Source: Podarcis gaigeae
Taxonomy: Eukaryota
DNA: 64,000 bases
NCBI GenBank assembly: GCA_964106915.2
Contig: OZ066915.1
Direction: 5' to 3' (one strand)
Numbering within the stretch: position 1 is the stretch's first letter; every line of letters starts with the position of its first letter. Positions 48,301 through 61,475 of the stretch are shown piece by piece. The notes under the pieces are model-generated. The model worked only from the letters and a program-made list of their open reading frames with translations. It made no database searches and was not told the origin of the DNA. A program made the position numbers and the translations under genes.

Positions 48301-50354
48301 TTTCCACAATGCAAATATTTGCTTCAGAATATTTGCATTAGGACCACAGCAAGGAAAGGACTAGCTAAGCTCCCCTTCCATGTCTGGTACACAATAATTG
48401 GCAGCCCCCTCACCTGTGATGCTATTTGAATTTAAAAATGAAAAATAAACCTGCATGTTAAATACTTTGTGTCTGGTTTGGAGTTGAGTGAACACAACAT
48501 TGCTGGGAGCGCTGAGGCTGAGAGCAAGGACTGTTAGCTTCCTTTCCCAGGCTTGGGAGTTCCCATTTCTCTGAAACATGATGAGGCTCTCACTTGGAAG
48601 GTGTTCTCGTTGCACCATGGCGTGTCCCTGCTTTTCTGAAGTTTGTTTGAAGGAATCGGCACAGTGATATTTTATTATATTTTCGCCTGCATTCCTCCCT
48701 AAGACCTGCGGGCCCAAAGCTGATCCTAATCATGTGCTGCCACTCATCTCCCATTGCAATTATGTCTCCATGATGCTTTTCTGTCTGTGTCCTTTGTGGC
48801 TACAAGCTTACCACGTTGGGATGTTGCCTGGCATCATTTTTGCTGCTCATTAAAAGTGCAAAAGCTCATGCCAGGATGGCTGGGGGCAAGGGAAGAGCAG
48901 TGGCCCTGGATATAATTGCTGGAGAGCTTGTGTTGTTTGGTCTGCTCTTTGTGGTTCAAATTTTCTTTTATTAAGTCAGTGGCCTATGTGGCACAGTAAC
49001 TCCTTGTCATGAGAGCTGGGCTTATACCTTTCTAGCACCTCACTGGGTGTCAGATTAATATCTTAATGTGAAGAGCAAACTAGACATGACATTTGTTCAC
49101 TTGAATGTCTGATTTTAAAACAAGAAGTAGCCAATGGTGATTTTTTTGGGGGGGGTGGGAGACTCTACCCAGATTGGGACCATGGCATGGGAAACAGAGG
49201 GGCTTTAAACCTTTGTCTCCCACTACAGTCCTGCTTGGAATTAGCAAATAACCCCTCTCTATATCTGGTTTTTGTAAAAATCGGAAAACTCTGGTGCCTA
49301 TTTTCCTCACAGTCCTTCCTTGTTTGCTACCTTCTTTCCATTGTCAATAGCAGGTGTGAGGACCTGGTTCTAGTAAGTACCCTATTGGGGTTAACATCCC
49401 CTGCCCTCCCCACCCCCACCATGGTTTCTATCCAACTTTCTTCCCTCTGCACGTGCTGTTTATTTCAAATTAACAGCCACACAAATGAAAGCCAAGTGCC
49501 AAATGTCACATCTGATTTGTCCCCAGGCTGGCAAGACCCCCTTATCAAGTAGCCCCTTCATCTGTTGTGAAGTACAAAACAATAGTACCCCCCTTGAGGT
49601 TGGTGAGTCAGGACTGAGGTGCTCTTGACTGAGTTCTTGGGAAGCATCAGTGTCAGGCTCTATCTAACTTTCACCATATCTAGTCTTTCTCCTTTGTGCT
49701 TCCCTTACATCTGGTGTGGTAAGGAATGCAGATTCGAAAGATCAACCTTGGTTTGGAGCAAACTCTCCTCCCTTTGTAGCTGAGCAGGTCCATTTCTCTA
49801 CTCCACTCGTGGAGTTTCTGACAATGGTTCTGTGCAGTGAGCAAGCTGCCATCATTTAAAAAGTTTCTTTGCAATGGGAAACTGGTTGTTGCTGCCTGTC
49901 ATGTGAAAAGGGGCTGATCGCTTTTCAATTCTCAGCTCTGGATACTGTTGAAAAGGCATCCAGGACAGAATGTGAAGAGACAGTAAAACCTGTTGGCTTC
50001 ATAATCCTTAGAGCTGCATTACTTCCCACCCCAAATATTGGGTTTGCCTGTTGTGCCTGTTGTGCAGAGAAGCCGCCCATTGTGGTTGCAGATGGGGCAG
50101 GAGAGGACATGGGTCAGTACCAGCAACTATGCTAGCCCTGGGCAATAATTGATGTGTGGTGGGTGTGTTGTGTGGCAGGGACCCATAGCCATTCATGTCT
50201 AGGCTGACCTCTTTGCACTCTCTTAGGTTCTGGGCTACTATATGCAGGCTCTGCTTTGTGCTTGTCCCCCTCCAACAAGAAGTTTGGTAATGATCTTAGT
50301 GTCTATGCCAATATTGGTGAGCACGTGAAAAGCTGGACCTTTTGGCAGACATTT

Positions 50355-50494
50355 CACAGATTGCTCAGTTGGTAGAGCACAAGACTTCATCTCAGAGTCA
50401 TGGTTTCGAGCCCCATGTTGGGCAAAAGATTCCTGCATTGCAGGGGGTTGGGCTAGATGACCCTCATGGTCCCTCCCAGCTCCACAGTTCTATG
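50355..50494 (+). mobile_element. tRNA(Lys)-headed SINE with CR1-derived tail
   Basis: gctcagttggtagagcacaagact..atctcagagtcatggtttcgagccccatgttgggc followed by the CR1 3' end gattcctgcattgcagggggttgg...ttctatg. Confidence 0.8.
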
Positions 50495-53107
50495 CTGTGA
50501 GGTTTCAATTCGATGTTGGCCTGCGGCCCCTGTTAGCTCTGTTACCTGCTCTGACCATATTTCTCAGGAGCAACATGTGCCCCCTGCCACAAGTTCAGCT
50601 GTGCTTGGGAGGGAAGCTGTGCTATTCACAGCCTAAAAGATTTGACTAGGGACTTGTGTGTGTGTCCCACCACTCTCCTTATCCCTCCCAGCCAAAGTAG
50701 GCTGTTCCCAATGTTGGATGCCCTGAAGACTTGGAGGTGGGTGGGATAGGCTTTCTGCCAGGAGGGGTGGCTGGGCTTTGTTAGTTCGGGCTCTGAGCCA
50801 TGGGGCGGGAAAGGAGCTGGGACTGCAGCCACAAGTCTGGTCCCGTGCAGTTGTGGCTGTGATCAGGTGCTGCTGAATCAGCTGGCGAAGCTGTTCCACC
50901 TGTTCCCCTTTGCACACTCGCGCGCTCAGGAATGTCCCGTCCCTCCCAGCCCTGCTCACTGGCAGGAGCTGACACGTAGATCTCCAGTCTCGTGGCCTCA
51001 CCTCTTGAGGAAACAGCTGGTATAGCGCGTGCGTGTAAGCCTTGGCATGATCTTCCTGTCAGGAAGACGCTAATATGTCTTGCTTTCCCTATACCTGCCA
51101 TCCGCAGGCCAGAGTACCGCAAACCCAGTGGGAGGAAGAGAGCTTACAGTTTCCAAAGGAGGAAGGAGAAGCCTGTACCGCTGCCATTTATTACTGAGCC
51201 TGTGGGAGGCCTGCTTCCCAGTTCCTCCAAAGGCCTGCCCCTTTCCCAAAGCAAAAAGTGGCCTGACTTCTCGCTTAACCCTTTAAATATAATTTGCCTC
51301 TTGCAATCCAGAGGCTAAACACAGGATTCCCAGCCTCCGGACACTCCACTGCCCCCTGAAATAGTGCTGTGATAACATTGCGGATCCCCTTTCTTTCGTA
51401 AGCTTGCAGTGGGAGGATGTGTCTGAGCCTGCTGATGTTAATCGTGTTGTCAGGGTAGAAATTAATACCCTCCTCTTACGGCTGGATGCCAGAGCTCTTG
51501 CAGTGGGTGCCCCCAAGCTATTTGTCTGCTCTGCACTTGCTTGTTGGGGTGTGTGGTTTGCGTGCAAGTCCCCAGCGGATGCACAGCCAAGGCTGCCCTG
51601 TGAGGCTCCATCTCTGCCTTCTGTCCTGTAAGGTTTTATCTGAGATTGGGAGCACTCGCCTAGCATTCAAGAGAATCTGGCTCCTAGCCATGCTGTTCCT
51701 TGCTTCTGCCTTTTTCCTCTTGCCATGCTAGGGGAAAGGTGCTCAAAAGAGGCAGTGCTTCTGCTGTGGAGATGAAAGAGCATGAAGGGGGAAACCCCTT
51801 GTCTCAAAATCACAGGTGTTGCCAAATCACATCCATCTGAGGATGCTGTTCCAGTGTGTGCGTGTTTTATGATGCCAGGAGACTTGTAAGGTGAGGGCAA
51901 GGAGGGATTAGTCTTTCCTGAGTTGCCTCATATGCATTCCAGGGATGGACAGTCTTTTTACCCCCAGAGGCTACATGCAGCGATGGTGGGTGCTTACATA
52001 CATGTACATATCACCACAGAGATATGTGCACACATCCTTTGAAAGCAGCAATTGTGGTGGCTAGCAAGTATGATACTTGCTTTCTTTCCCGGCTCAGAGG
52101 AGAATAATCAACTACCACCTCAGAATGAGCAGCTGTGTGCTGTGCTGTGAGTAGCACAGTTTACATACTTCCCCCAGTAGTAAAATTCAGCAAAATTCAA
52201 TTGGCATTGGGAATGGGTAGCTTGGGAACACACAGTGGGCTGCATACGGCTTGCAGTTTGCTTGTGTGTGATCTAAGATGGTGACTTGTGATGCCATCAT
52301 GGCCAGTCTTGGCCATCAGGAATGTTTGTTTCTGCTCTAAGCTCTTGACAGCACTAAGGAAAAGACTTTGGGAAGAGGGGACTTGTCCAAGTTCCTGGGA
52401 CTTTATTTTATTTTTCAGAAGCTATTGTTCTTTATAGACAGGCCAGGAATAAATTAGGGAAAGTATATTAACAGGCAACGAATCTGTGCAGTATGTTTTG
52501 GCTTTCCACAATTGGGGAGGTGACGTCGTTGGTGTAAGTTTTCCCCAAACCATTGAGTAGGGCTGGAAGAGGCCATGCAGGGAAAACCTTCCACTTCCTG
52601 AAATTGGCATGTCCACCTGGGCATAGGAAGGGAACGAGGGTGCAACAACCTTCAACCAGCCCACCCTCCAGGTATGCCAAGGCAAGTGTGGGGAAGCTGT
52701 GCCCACCCCCAGACGTTGCTGGACTGCATCCTTGACCTATGGATATGCTGACTGGGGCTGATGGACATTGGGAGCCCAGCAGTGTTTGTAGGCCACAGGT
52801 CCCCCCTTCCCACTTCAGAGCCCAACTACTTGGGGCATTCTCATGTGCTGTGAATAAATCAAAATGAGGGGCAGCTTCCTTTCCACTGTAAGTCCTTTAC
52901 CCAAGGGATCAGGAGCATGCCATGTGCTGCAGCCAGTCCTCACTTACCCCTCATTTGCAATGATCACCCAGAGGTTTTCTGCCCTAGATTCCTAGCTGCT
53001 GGTGGTACCGTCATAAATCTGTGACCAAGGGACTGGCTAAGTGGGTGGGCCAAACAGCAATGTTGGTGGGTCCTGGTATGATGCTTTGGTGCTGGTAGCT
53101 GCTTGAG

Positions 53108-53433
53108 CATGGGTAGGCAAACTAAGGCCCAGGGGCCTGGATCCGGCCCAATCGCCTTCTAAATCCGGCCCATGGACAGTCCGGGAATCAGCGTGTTTTT
53201 ACATGAGTAGTAATGTGTCTTTTTATTTAAAATGCATCTCTGAGTTATTTGTGGGGCCTGCCTGGTGTTTTTACATGAGTGGAATGTGTGCTTTTATTTA
53301 AAATACATCTCTGGGTTATTTGTGGGGCATAGGAATTAGTTCATTATTATTTTTTTCAAAATAAAGTCCGGTCCCCCACAAGGTCTGAGGGACAGTGGAC
53401 TGGCCTCCCGCTGAAAAAGTTTGCTGACTCCTG
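53108..53433. mobile_element. hAT-type non-autonomous element with an internal ~70-bp tandem duplication
   Basis: catgggtaggcaaact / agtttgctgactcctg termini; gtgtttttacatgagt...ttatttgtggggc occurs twice. Confidence 0.75.
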
Positions 53434-53529
53434 TGCTGCTTGAGGATGCTGGGTGCTGCTTCTGGCCCTGGTCCTGAACGGTGGGATTCACCCTGATGCA
53501 GCCTTGAGCCACTGCATGTGCCTCTAACT

Positions 53530-53667
53530 CAGTGCTTCTCAGCCTGTGGGTCTCCAGATGTTGTTGGACTACAACTCCCACCATCCCTGACCTCTGGCCT
53601 TGCTAGCTAGGGGTGATGGGAGTTGTAGTTCAACAACATCTGGGGATCCACAGGTTGAGAAAGGCTG
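53530..53667. mobile_element. Short hairpin hAT (Charlie-like) MITE; clearest copy of an abundant family
   Basis: Whole element folds back (actacaactccca / tgggagttgtagt); TSD ctctaact / ctctaatt. Other copies at about 18140, 19680, 30420, 31350, 33265, 40850, 44160, 46650, 52690, 54030, 54940, 55510, 59380 and 62030. Confidence 0.85.
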
Positions 53668-54413
53668 CTCTAATTTGTCTGCTCACCCCCAGACTGAGAG
53701 GAGTAAAAGAGACAACCTATATCATTAAGAATCACCTGCTGGCCATGGCATTTGGAAGGCTTTTCAGGATCCCTTGCCTGGGCTTGAGCCCACCTCCATC
53801 TGTGGAACTATTTCCCCCCCTTTAACACTGGAGACAGACCTTTGAGGACAGGGGAGAGAGACAGCAAATGGCCCTGGAGGGGGACAACGTCATTATATCT
53901 GCAGCACCTCCTCTCTTGGTATAATTTTTCATTGCATTTCTACCCCATTCTTTGTTACGGGAAGACAGAGGACAACGTGCATAGGATATCTATTTCTCAC
54001 AACAGTTCCTGTGGGATAAAATAGTCAAGGCTTCCCTAACCTGGTGCCCTTTAGATGTCCTCCAGAATTGCAACTCCCATAATTACTGTCCATTGACCAT
54101 ACTGGCTGTGATTGCTGGGAGTTGTAGTCCAACTTTTGGAGGGCACCAGATTGGTGTGGAGACGCAGATCTGGAGTCTGAGCTTCAGAGTGGATTGAGGA
54201 TTTATGCTTGAATTTATTGCACCAAAATCCACTCTCTTAGCCACTGCAGCTCACTGACTTGGGGCAGATAGTGGTGACAGAAAACTAATAGGGGTACTGA
54301 GGATCAGGAGGCTCTGGCGGTTTATGTGCAAAAGATACGGTGAGGCAGATGGGATATTTTAGAGAGGCTTGCTGAGCGCAAGGAATAATGTGACTGTCTC
54401 TCTCTGTGCACAG

Positions 54414-54679
54414 AGCACATCCCTGCTGAGCTACGCGAACCCTTCTATACAGACCAGTATGAACAGGAGCACATGAAGCCTCCTCTCATCCGCCTGTTGC
54501 ATTCGTCTGACATCTACTGCCGTGCCTGGCGCCGGGCCCTGCCATCGGGCACTGATGGCGCCCCTTCCCCCAAGGACAATGCTGCCTTGCTCCAGCTTCT
54601 GGCCCATCGTGGCTTGGTGCCCACCTTCCAAGACAAGCCCATCAAGGAGACAGATCTGCACCACAAACCAATCAGACTG
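54414..54679 (+). CDS. CAMSAP3: CAMSAP3 coding exon 2
   Basis: acag|AGCAC...AGACTG|gtaagt; EHIPAELREPFYTDQYEQEHMKPPLIRLLHSSDIYCRAWRRALP...DLHHKPIRL; 266 bp, phase-compatible. Confidence 0.94.
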
Positions 54680-57158
54680 GTAAGTCCACAAGCTTGGCAT
54701 CTTCCCAGGGGTAAACATTTTGACTTGGTGCTCTTGCAGAAGGAGGGGGGGGGAGTGTACTGTTTATTCAAACTGGAGTGGGTGTCGGTTGCTGGAGAGT
54801 GGAAAGAAATTAATTGCCCTCCAACTCTCAGCTGAAACCAGGAGCAGAGGTGGGGAGCTCAGTTAGTGCCTTTCCAAGAATGAACATGGTAGGATTGTTC
54901 CTTCTAAATTTCAGTGGGGTGCTACGATGGAGGGGTGGCTAACTTGTGGTTCTTCAGTTGTTGCTGGCCTCCATCTCACATTGGCCCCTGCTAGCATGTC
55001 CAGCAGTCAGGGGTGATGGGAGCTGGGAGTCCGGCAAGATGTGGACAATTGCAGGCTGTGCTGATGTGAGTTGGAGGACCTGCTCTTTGAGGATTCAGGA
55101 GCAGAGCTAAGTTCATCATGTTCGGTTTCCAGACTGTACTGCAACAGTGTGGTGGGAGATACCCACAACCTGCACACATTTAACTTGTGTGCATTCAGCT
55201 TTATGCACTTGGCAAAAAATTAAAAAAAAGAGGTGAAAAGGGAGCAGACGTCCAGGAAAAAATGCTTTGGCAGTCCCACCCACCATTGCACCCACGGTGT
55301 TTTGACGATACACGATTTTGGCTTTAGGCATGATCCCCGGAATGTAACTCCCGCGCAAGCATTAAAAATTAGTCTGAAGCATGGATTTAGTAGTTTTGAA
55401 ATGTGGTTGGCTCAAATGGGTGCAGTCATCTCCTAGATATATATATGCTTGGAGCTCTGTGATCTGGTGATCACGATGACAGTAGCACAGGCTTCACTAG
55501 CTCTGGTGTTTTCCAGGTGTTTGGGACCACCATTCCCCATCAGCGACTGTGCTGGCTGGGCCTGGTGGGAGTTGTGGTCCACAGCATCTGGAAGGCACCA
55601 GGATGGCGAAGGCAGCATTAGTGGCTGGGCGCTGCTGTACAGAGGCTGTTCTGGGCATCTGTTTGATGTAACTGATGGTTTGGGGAAGAGGGCGGTGGAG
55701 AAAAAGATTTTCTGTGAAAGGATCTTCCTCCCACCAGCCCAAAGGCAGGCTCTGAATTGTGGGGAGGACGCTCGCTGCTCCTTTTGACAGCCTTGTGTAA
55801 ATGCTGCTCTCCCCAGCGCTGTCCTCTCCTGTGTAGTGGCATGGTGGAGGCCCTGAGGGTGACAGACAAATCCCCAAAACTCCTTCCCTCCTCCCTCCCT
55901 CCTTGCCTGCCTCTGTTAATACAAGGAGCGTCTTCTGTGGCGCCACAGCTTCAGGGTGGAGCCTTTACAAGCTTAGATCCCAGCCACCCCGTGGGAACCC
56001 CTTCCCTCATCTCTCTGTGGGTGGGGAGGGCTGAGGTGTGGCTAAAGACACCACAGGAGAAGTTTCTTTCTACCCCCCACCCCCACCCCAAGGTCTTTTG
56101 ACTCTCCCTCTTGGGAAGCTGAAGCCTCCTGTTGCTCCCTTCGAAGCCCCGTTGGTTTTTAAAGTGCTGATATTATCAAGGAGAGAAGATGGGCAGCAGC
56201 GCACTAAAGGTTAGATGGCCAGCATTAGGAATATCTGCCTCATGCCAGATGAGGCCACTCGCCCCTCCAGCTGCGTGTTGTTTACACTGACTGGTAGCAG
56301 CACTCCAAAGGTTCTTCCTTCTCTGGAGACTCCCAGGGATTGAACCAGGGACCCTCTGCTGGCAAAGGAAGTCATTTACTGTTGGTCTAAGGCCTGGCAT
56401 GCACAAACATCTGTACACGTGTGGGACGGAAGGCCCTCTGTACAAGCGGCTAGTCCTTTTTCACTTGTACACAAGCACATGGGAATTCAGGTTTCCTTTA
56501 ACTTGGGTTGGACCTTAGTGGTTTGTAGTATAGCAAATCCTAAGAAGGAGGGAGAACAGGATAATATCCTAGAATGAAGGGTGCTTTCTTTTTCTTTCTT
56601 TTTGTTCTGGTTTACTGTTGCAGGGGCGAAACAGGGGCCTGGTTTTGTGTGTCCCCTTTTAGAAGCACCTATAACTAGCCGGCTCGGAGTGAGTGTGAGG
56701 TTGAGCAATAGTAAGTGAACTTGGGGAAACTTATCTGCAATAGCTGACAACTCCACATCCTATCTCCCTTTCCAGTTTATCTATTTTCAGGAAGGGCTGT
56801 TGTGAGGAGGGGATGTGGTTGGGAAACACTGCGGGTGTCTCCCTCTCCCCTCTGCAAGAAAACAGATGGGGAAAAGAGAGCCATGAAGGGTGGGAACCGT
56901 ACACTTATTTAGGTGTGAAAGGCAAGAATTGTGTGAGAAGAGAGAGTGGGGTTCAGAAGGAGGCTGAGGTTGGAGTCTGTCTGTCCCTCACACCGAAGCC
57001 CACCCTACTGTGTATGAGGGTTTTTAAAAATGAAAATTGTTGAGGTGTTGATATGAGAATTCCAAATGGATACACTGGCAGCAAAGGAGGTGGCAAAAGA
57101 AAGGAAACTCAGTTAAAAGGCTAGGATACCAAGGAAAGAGTGGAAGGGAAGTAAAAGT

Positions 57159-57289
57159 NNNNNNNNNNNNNNNNNNNNNNNNNNNNNNNNNNNNNNNNNN
57201 NNNNNNNNNNNNNNNNNNNNNNNNNNNNNNNNNNNNNNNNNNNNNNNNNNNNNNNNNNNNNNNNNNNNNNNNNNNNNNNNNNNNNNNNN
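57159..57289. other. Assembly gap (131 N)
   Basis: N run abutting the left arm of a perfect palindrome. Confidence 0.98.
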
Positions 57290-57601
57290 CTTCCCGTGTA
57301 AAAGTTGGGGTGTCTAGGCGACGTTTCGACGAGGTCTCACTCGTCATCTTCAGGCTGGTGCTTTCGGCTTCTTGTTACTGGAACAGAGCGGGATCTCAAT
57401 GTTTGAGTTCCTCTACAGTATTTATAGGAACTCAAACATTGAGATCCCGCTCTGTTCCAGTAACAAGAAGCCGAAAGCACCAGCCTGAAGATGACGAGTG
57501 AGACCTCGTCGAAACGTCGCCTAGACACCCCAACTTTTACACGGGAAGACACCCGAGGACACCAAAACCTGCATTCCTGTACCCGTGAAAATCTACGAAA
57601 G

Positions 57602-57605
<4 letters not shown>
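57290..57605. mobile_element. Penelope-like element end arranged as a perfect inverted repeat, next to (TA)n
   Basis: 123-bp arms at 57290-57412 and 57426-57548 with a 13-nt spacer; hammerhead motif in each arm; (TA)n at 57606-57648. Confidence 0.8.
57483..57520 (+). ncRNA. Minimal type I hammerhead ribozyme motif (mirror copy on the - strand at about 57318-57355)
   Basis: CUGAAGA (57485-57491), U, stem II GACGAG/CUCGUC, GAAA (57511-57514), C, GUC cleavage triplet (57516-57518); palindromic ACGU stem III; stem I is weak. Confidence 0.7.
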
Positions 57606-57650
<45 letters not shown>

Positions 57651-60600
57651 CACTATTATTAGTACATGTTTTTCTTTTCTATTGTGCATGAATGTAACAG
57701 AGTATGTATGTGTTGATGGCGAAAACAGAAAAGCAAATAAAAAATATTTTTTGGGGGTGGGGGGAGTTTGCTTTTGCGGTGGAGCAGAGGAGGACCTGGA
57801 ATATGGGGGAAGCAACACAAAGCAAGCGCTAGGAAGGGTGTACAAATTGTTAAAGCCCAGAAAGGGGGCTTGGGGATTTCTGCTTTCTGCTCCCTGGGCC
57901 CAGCAATTATCATTCTTCCGCCTGGTGCTTGTGTAATGGGAGGGGGAGCGGGGAGGGGGAATCCCCGCTGCTGGTGCGGCTCTGCTGGCAGGTGCCCGGC
58001 GGGATTGCTCCGCGCTGAGCGGGTATCTCTGATTGCTATTAATTTTGCTCTGGTGATTCTGTCAAGGCTGGGAGGAGAGGCAAGAGCGCCAGCTAGCTGG
58101 AGGGAGGGGTGTCCTCTATCTCCCTTGCTCCCAGCTGTGTGCTGGGGAAATGGTGCCCATGGAAGCAATTGGAAAGGGAAGGTTTAATTTTGCACAGGGT
58201 TGAGGGTGAGGAGAATGATGGAGACTCTTGATTTTGATCCGGGCATTTGGAGCCCCTCCCAAGGAAAGTGTAGGTTGCGCGCCACATGGGGCCAAGATGT
58301 TTAGAGAGAGCACAGCTAGGCTGCCGCCACACCCTGAACTCCAAGAGTATGGGAGAGCAAAGCAGCGGATTAGTTGCTCTGTGGAGGGAGCTGGTGGTGG
58401 CAGCCATGTTGGCTTTCTGCCAGCAATGATATTGGAAAGCAGACATCAGAGCCAGAGCCGAGCAGTGTGGCTATTATCCGACTCCCCTGGCCTCATCTGA
58501 AACGGCCTCAGTGTATTTATCCCACAAAGGCCTTATTGAGGCCCAAGCAGCTAGAGGGAGCGTGGCTGTGTCTGTTTTGGGCCATGTCTTTGAAGGAGGG
58601 GAAGAAGAAACCAGGGGAACAGGGTTTTTTAGCCAGAGGTTCCCCGTCCTGAGGTGTGCTAGGTGTGGCCCCAGCTCTGAAGGGGAATGAGAGGCTTGTT
58701 CTCAGGCTTCTCCCTTCAGGCTTGGCACATCCCTTATTCTGCATTATTCTCTCTCTGTCTCCCAAGTACGAGGGCCCCATTAACACCCAAGCTTGATTCA
58801 CTGTGGAGTCAACAGCTTTTTCCTCTGCTGCAGTTCCCGCTCTGCTGGTGCAGAAAATCAGGCTGCCAGGAAGGGCTGGGTGTGGTGCACCTAGAGGCCT
58901 GCATCTGGCCTGCTTGCTGCCTTTTGCTTGCAAGGACCCAGTTGCAGTTGGGGACTCAGTGAACTCACATTTTGATACTCCTGCTCTTCTTCCTTTGAAC
59001 CCACCTCCTCACAAAAAGCCCCCATTCCTGGATCAGGCTAGAGCTGTAGTCATTTGAATAACCAAACAGACATGCAGTGTTTGTATGGCTACATAACCCA
59101 TTCTTAAAATGTTTGCCATGGTAGCAGTAAAGTTTTATTTGACGGTAGCCATGACAAAACGTAGGTCTTAGGATCTGCGTTAAAGATGGGTGGGAGCTTT
59201 CATTGCATTTTACAGTTGTGGTCTGACTTTCCATAACTTGTTCAGGCAGGGGTTTCAGTAAAAACTTTGCGCAGGGTGCACCAGTTTGGCCAGAACTGAG
59301 TAGCAAAGTTTGTCCCTTTTTGAATGCTGATCCCATGCCTGCATGCAGGGAGAAGAGTTCAGTTTAGTCCAGGAGCAGAGAACCCTTAGTCCTCCAAGTG
59401 ATGTTGGTCTTTAACTCCCATCAGACCCAACTAGGATGGCCAGTGGTCAGGGATAATGGGAGTTGTAGTCCAGCAACATCTGTAAGGCCACACATTGGCT
59501 ACCTTTGGTCTAGTTTCATTAGTTCAACATTTTATTTTCTTGGTGAAAAGGCTTCAGACTTGCAATTCCTTCCGTGCAGCCTGAAGAGGTACAGTCCAGA
59601 GAAACCTTCATCACTTGAATTTAGCTGATTGTATAAACTCTTCATCCTCATATCGTTGTGAGGCAAGCCTTGAGCAGTATTCAGTTGTCCTGTTGGCACA
59701 AGGATTTCCACTTGGGCAACTGGGCTTCCACCACTACCACCTTTGCCTTGCATGTGCCATGCAGCCTCCCTAAATCTACTCCAGAGGATTGGAGAAACCC
59801 CTGGAACAGCTTTGCAGGGGGAGGAGAGGGGAAGAACATTCCGTTGCACAAGCAAAAATCCCCGTGCTGATGGAACATTCACTTTATGCTGCGTTGGATA
59901 TTCCCCTCCCCCCTTGACTCAGCAGAGACTTCACTTTTTTCCATTTCTTGTTAGCAGATCACTGCTGGCAGAAAATCTTCTAGTGCTGCTTCTGCCATGG
60001 GGGTGAGGTTGTAGGAGGGAGAGTTCCCTGTCACATTTTCTGTTCAGGAGCTTACCAGACAAAAATACCATTATTCAGGGCCTGGGACCTTCCTTCATAT
60101 TTCCATAGGAAGTGGCTCAAGTTTATCCCACCTGCTTAAACCTCTTGGCTAGAAGGATTTCAGCTTTGCTTGGAGAGACCACAGGCAATTTTGGGTCTTC
60201 CAGTCTAATGTTCTATCTGCTGCTTCTCTCCCCATGTCTGTACATCACAACTGTGACCTTTGTCAACCACTGCAAGTCCACTGTGGACTGCAAATGGGTC
60301 CTATCAAGAAAGATGCTGTCTTCCATCTCCCCCTGGCACTTTAGAATATCAGAAGGCAGCTGGCATTGTTGCTAGGGTCTTCGCAGAGATAATTGGCTTG
60401 TAGGATATCCTATTAGACCTGCCCAGAAGCAGCAGAGGCTGTTGCTCCTGGACCCATAGTTCCTGGGCTTGGGGCACTGAGAGATCTTGCATGCAGAATT
60501 TGGAGGGAAACACGGGGGCAGGCAGACTGCATGCATGATGACGATGCTGGTAATAAAGCCCAATATCTGCACCTAGCACATGTTCCCTTTGCCCCCAGGC

Positions 60601-61216
60601 TGCTCTCATCCAGGTTCTCCTTAACAGTATTAAAAGCTTAAGGCAACTAATCTTCTCTCCTGTGGTGTAAGACTGGGACTGAGCTTGCTCAGTCAGGCAC
60701 TGCAAGGGGGATTCTCATGTTACCATGATCTGGCCCAAGACTCCAGTCCTTGTAGTGGGGTGGGACAGCTGAAAATAATGCCAATATATTTCACATCTGG
60801 CAACTAATGCACCCTTTTGGCTTCAGATAGTACATGGGTAGAGGAGGCTAAAAAGCCCAGGACACAAATTTGCACAGCCCTCTAGCAACTATGGCGGCTC
60901 ATTTACCAGAAGTAATGTATTTAGCATTAACTCTGAAAGTGTATACTAGATTCTGACCAAACTAAGCCCCCTAGAGCAAAATATACACCAGGAAGCTTAG
61001 TTTGGTCAGAATCGAGTATGCACTTCCAGAGTAAATTCATCTCCGTGCTGCCAACCTGCATCTGCTGGTAACTCCATTCATTCTGCTTATTCACCCCAGC
61101 CAAGACGCTGTCCTTCCAGCATGCCCCCGACACTCAGTGTGCTTTATTACACTGGAGAAAGCAGCTTATGCCATGGAGGGCTAGCCTGTTGCCCTGTGAT
61201 AGGAGAGCAGAACATA

Positions 61217-61475
61217 CCATATTTTTTGCTCTATAAGACTCACTTTTTCCCTCCTAAAAAGTAAGGGGAAATGTGTGCGTGTCTTATTGAGCAAATGCAG
61301 GCTGCGCAGCTATCCCTGAAGCCAGAACAGCAAGAGGGATTGCTACTTTCACTGCGCAGCGATCCCTCTTGCTGTTCTGGCTTCTGAGATTCAGAATATA
61401 TTTTTTCTTGTTTTCCTCCTCCAAAAACTAGGTGCGTCTTGTGGTCTGGTGCATCTTATAAAGCGAAAAATACAG
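61217..61475. mobile_element. Tc1/mariner MITE (CCGTA-type termini) with an internal hairpin
   Basis: TA+ccatattttttgctctataaga ... tcttataaagcgaaaaatacag+TA. Confidence 0.82.

Noticed and set aside
50355-50425. tRNA-Lys gene (and tRNA-like heads at 14089, 39711, 41869)
   Set aside because: Degenerate cloverleafs fused to LINE-derived tails; these are SINE heads.
57310-57552. Near-identical ORFs on both strands in the ORF track
   Set aside because: A consequence of the palindrome; no coding signal.
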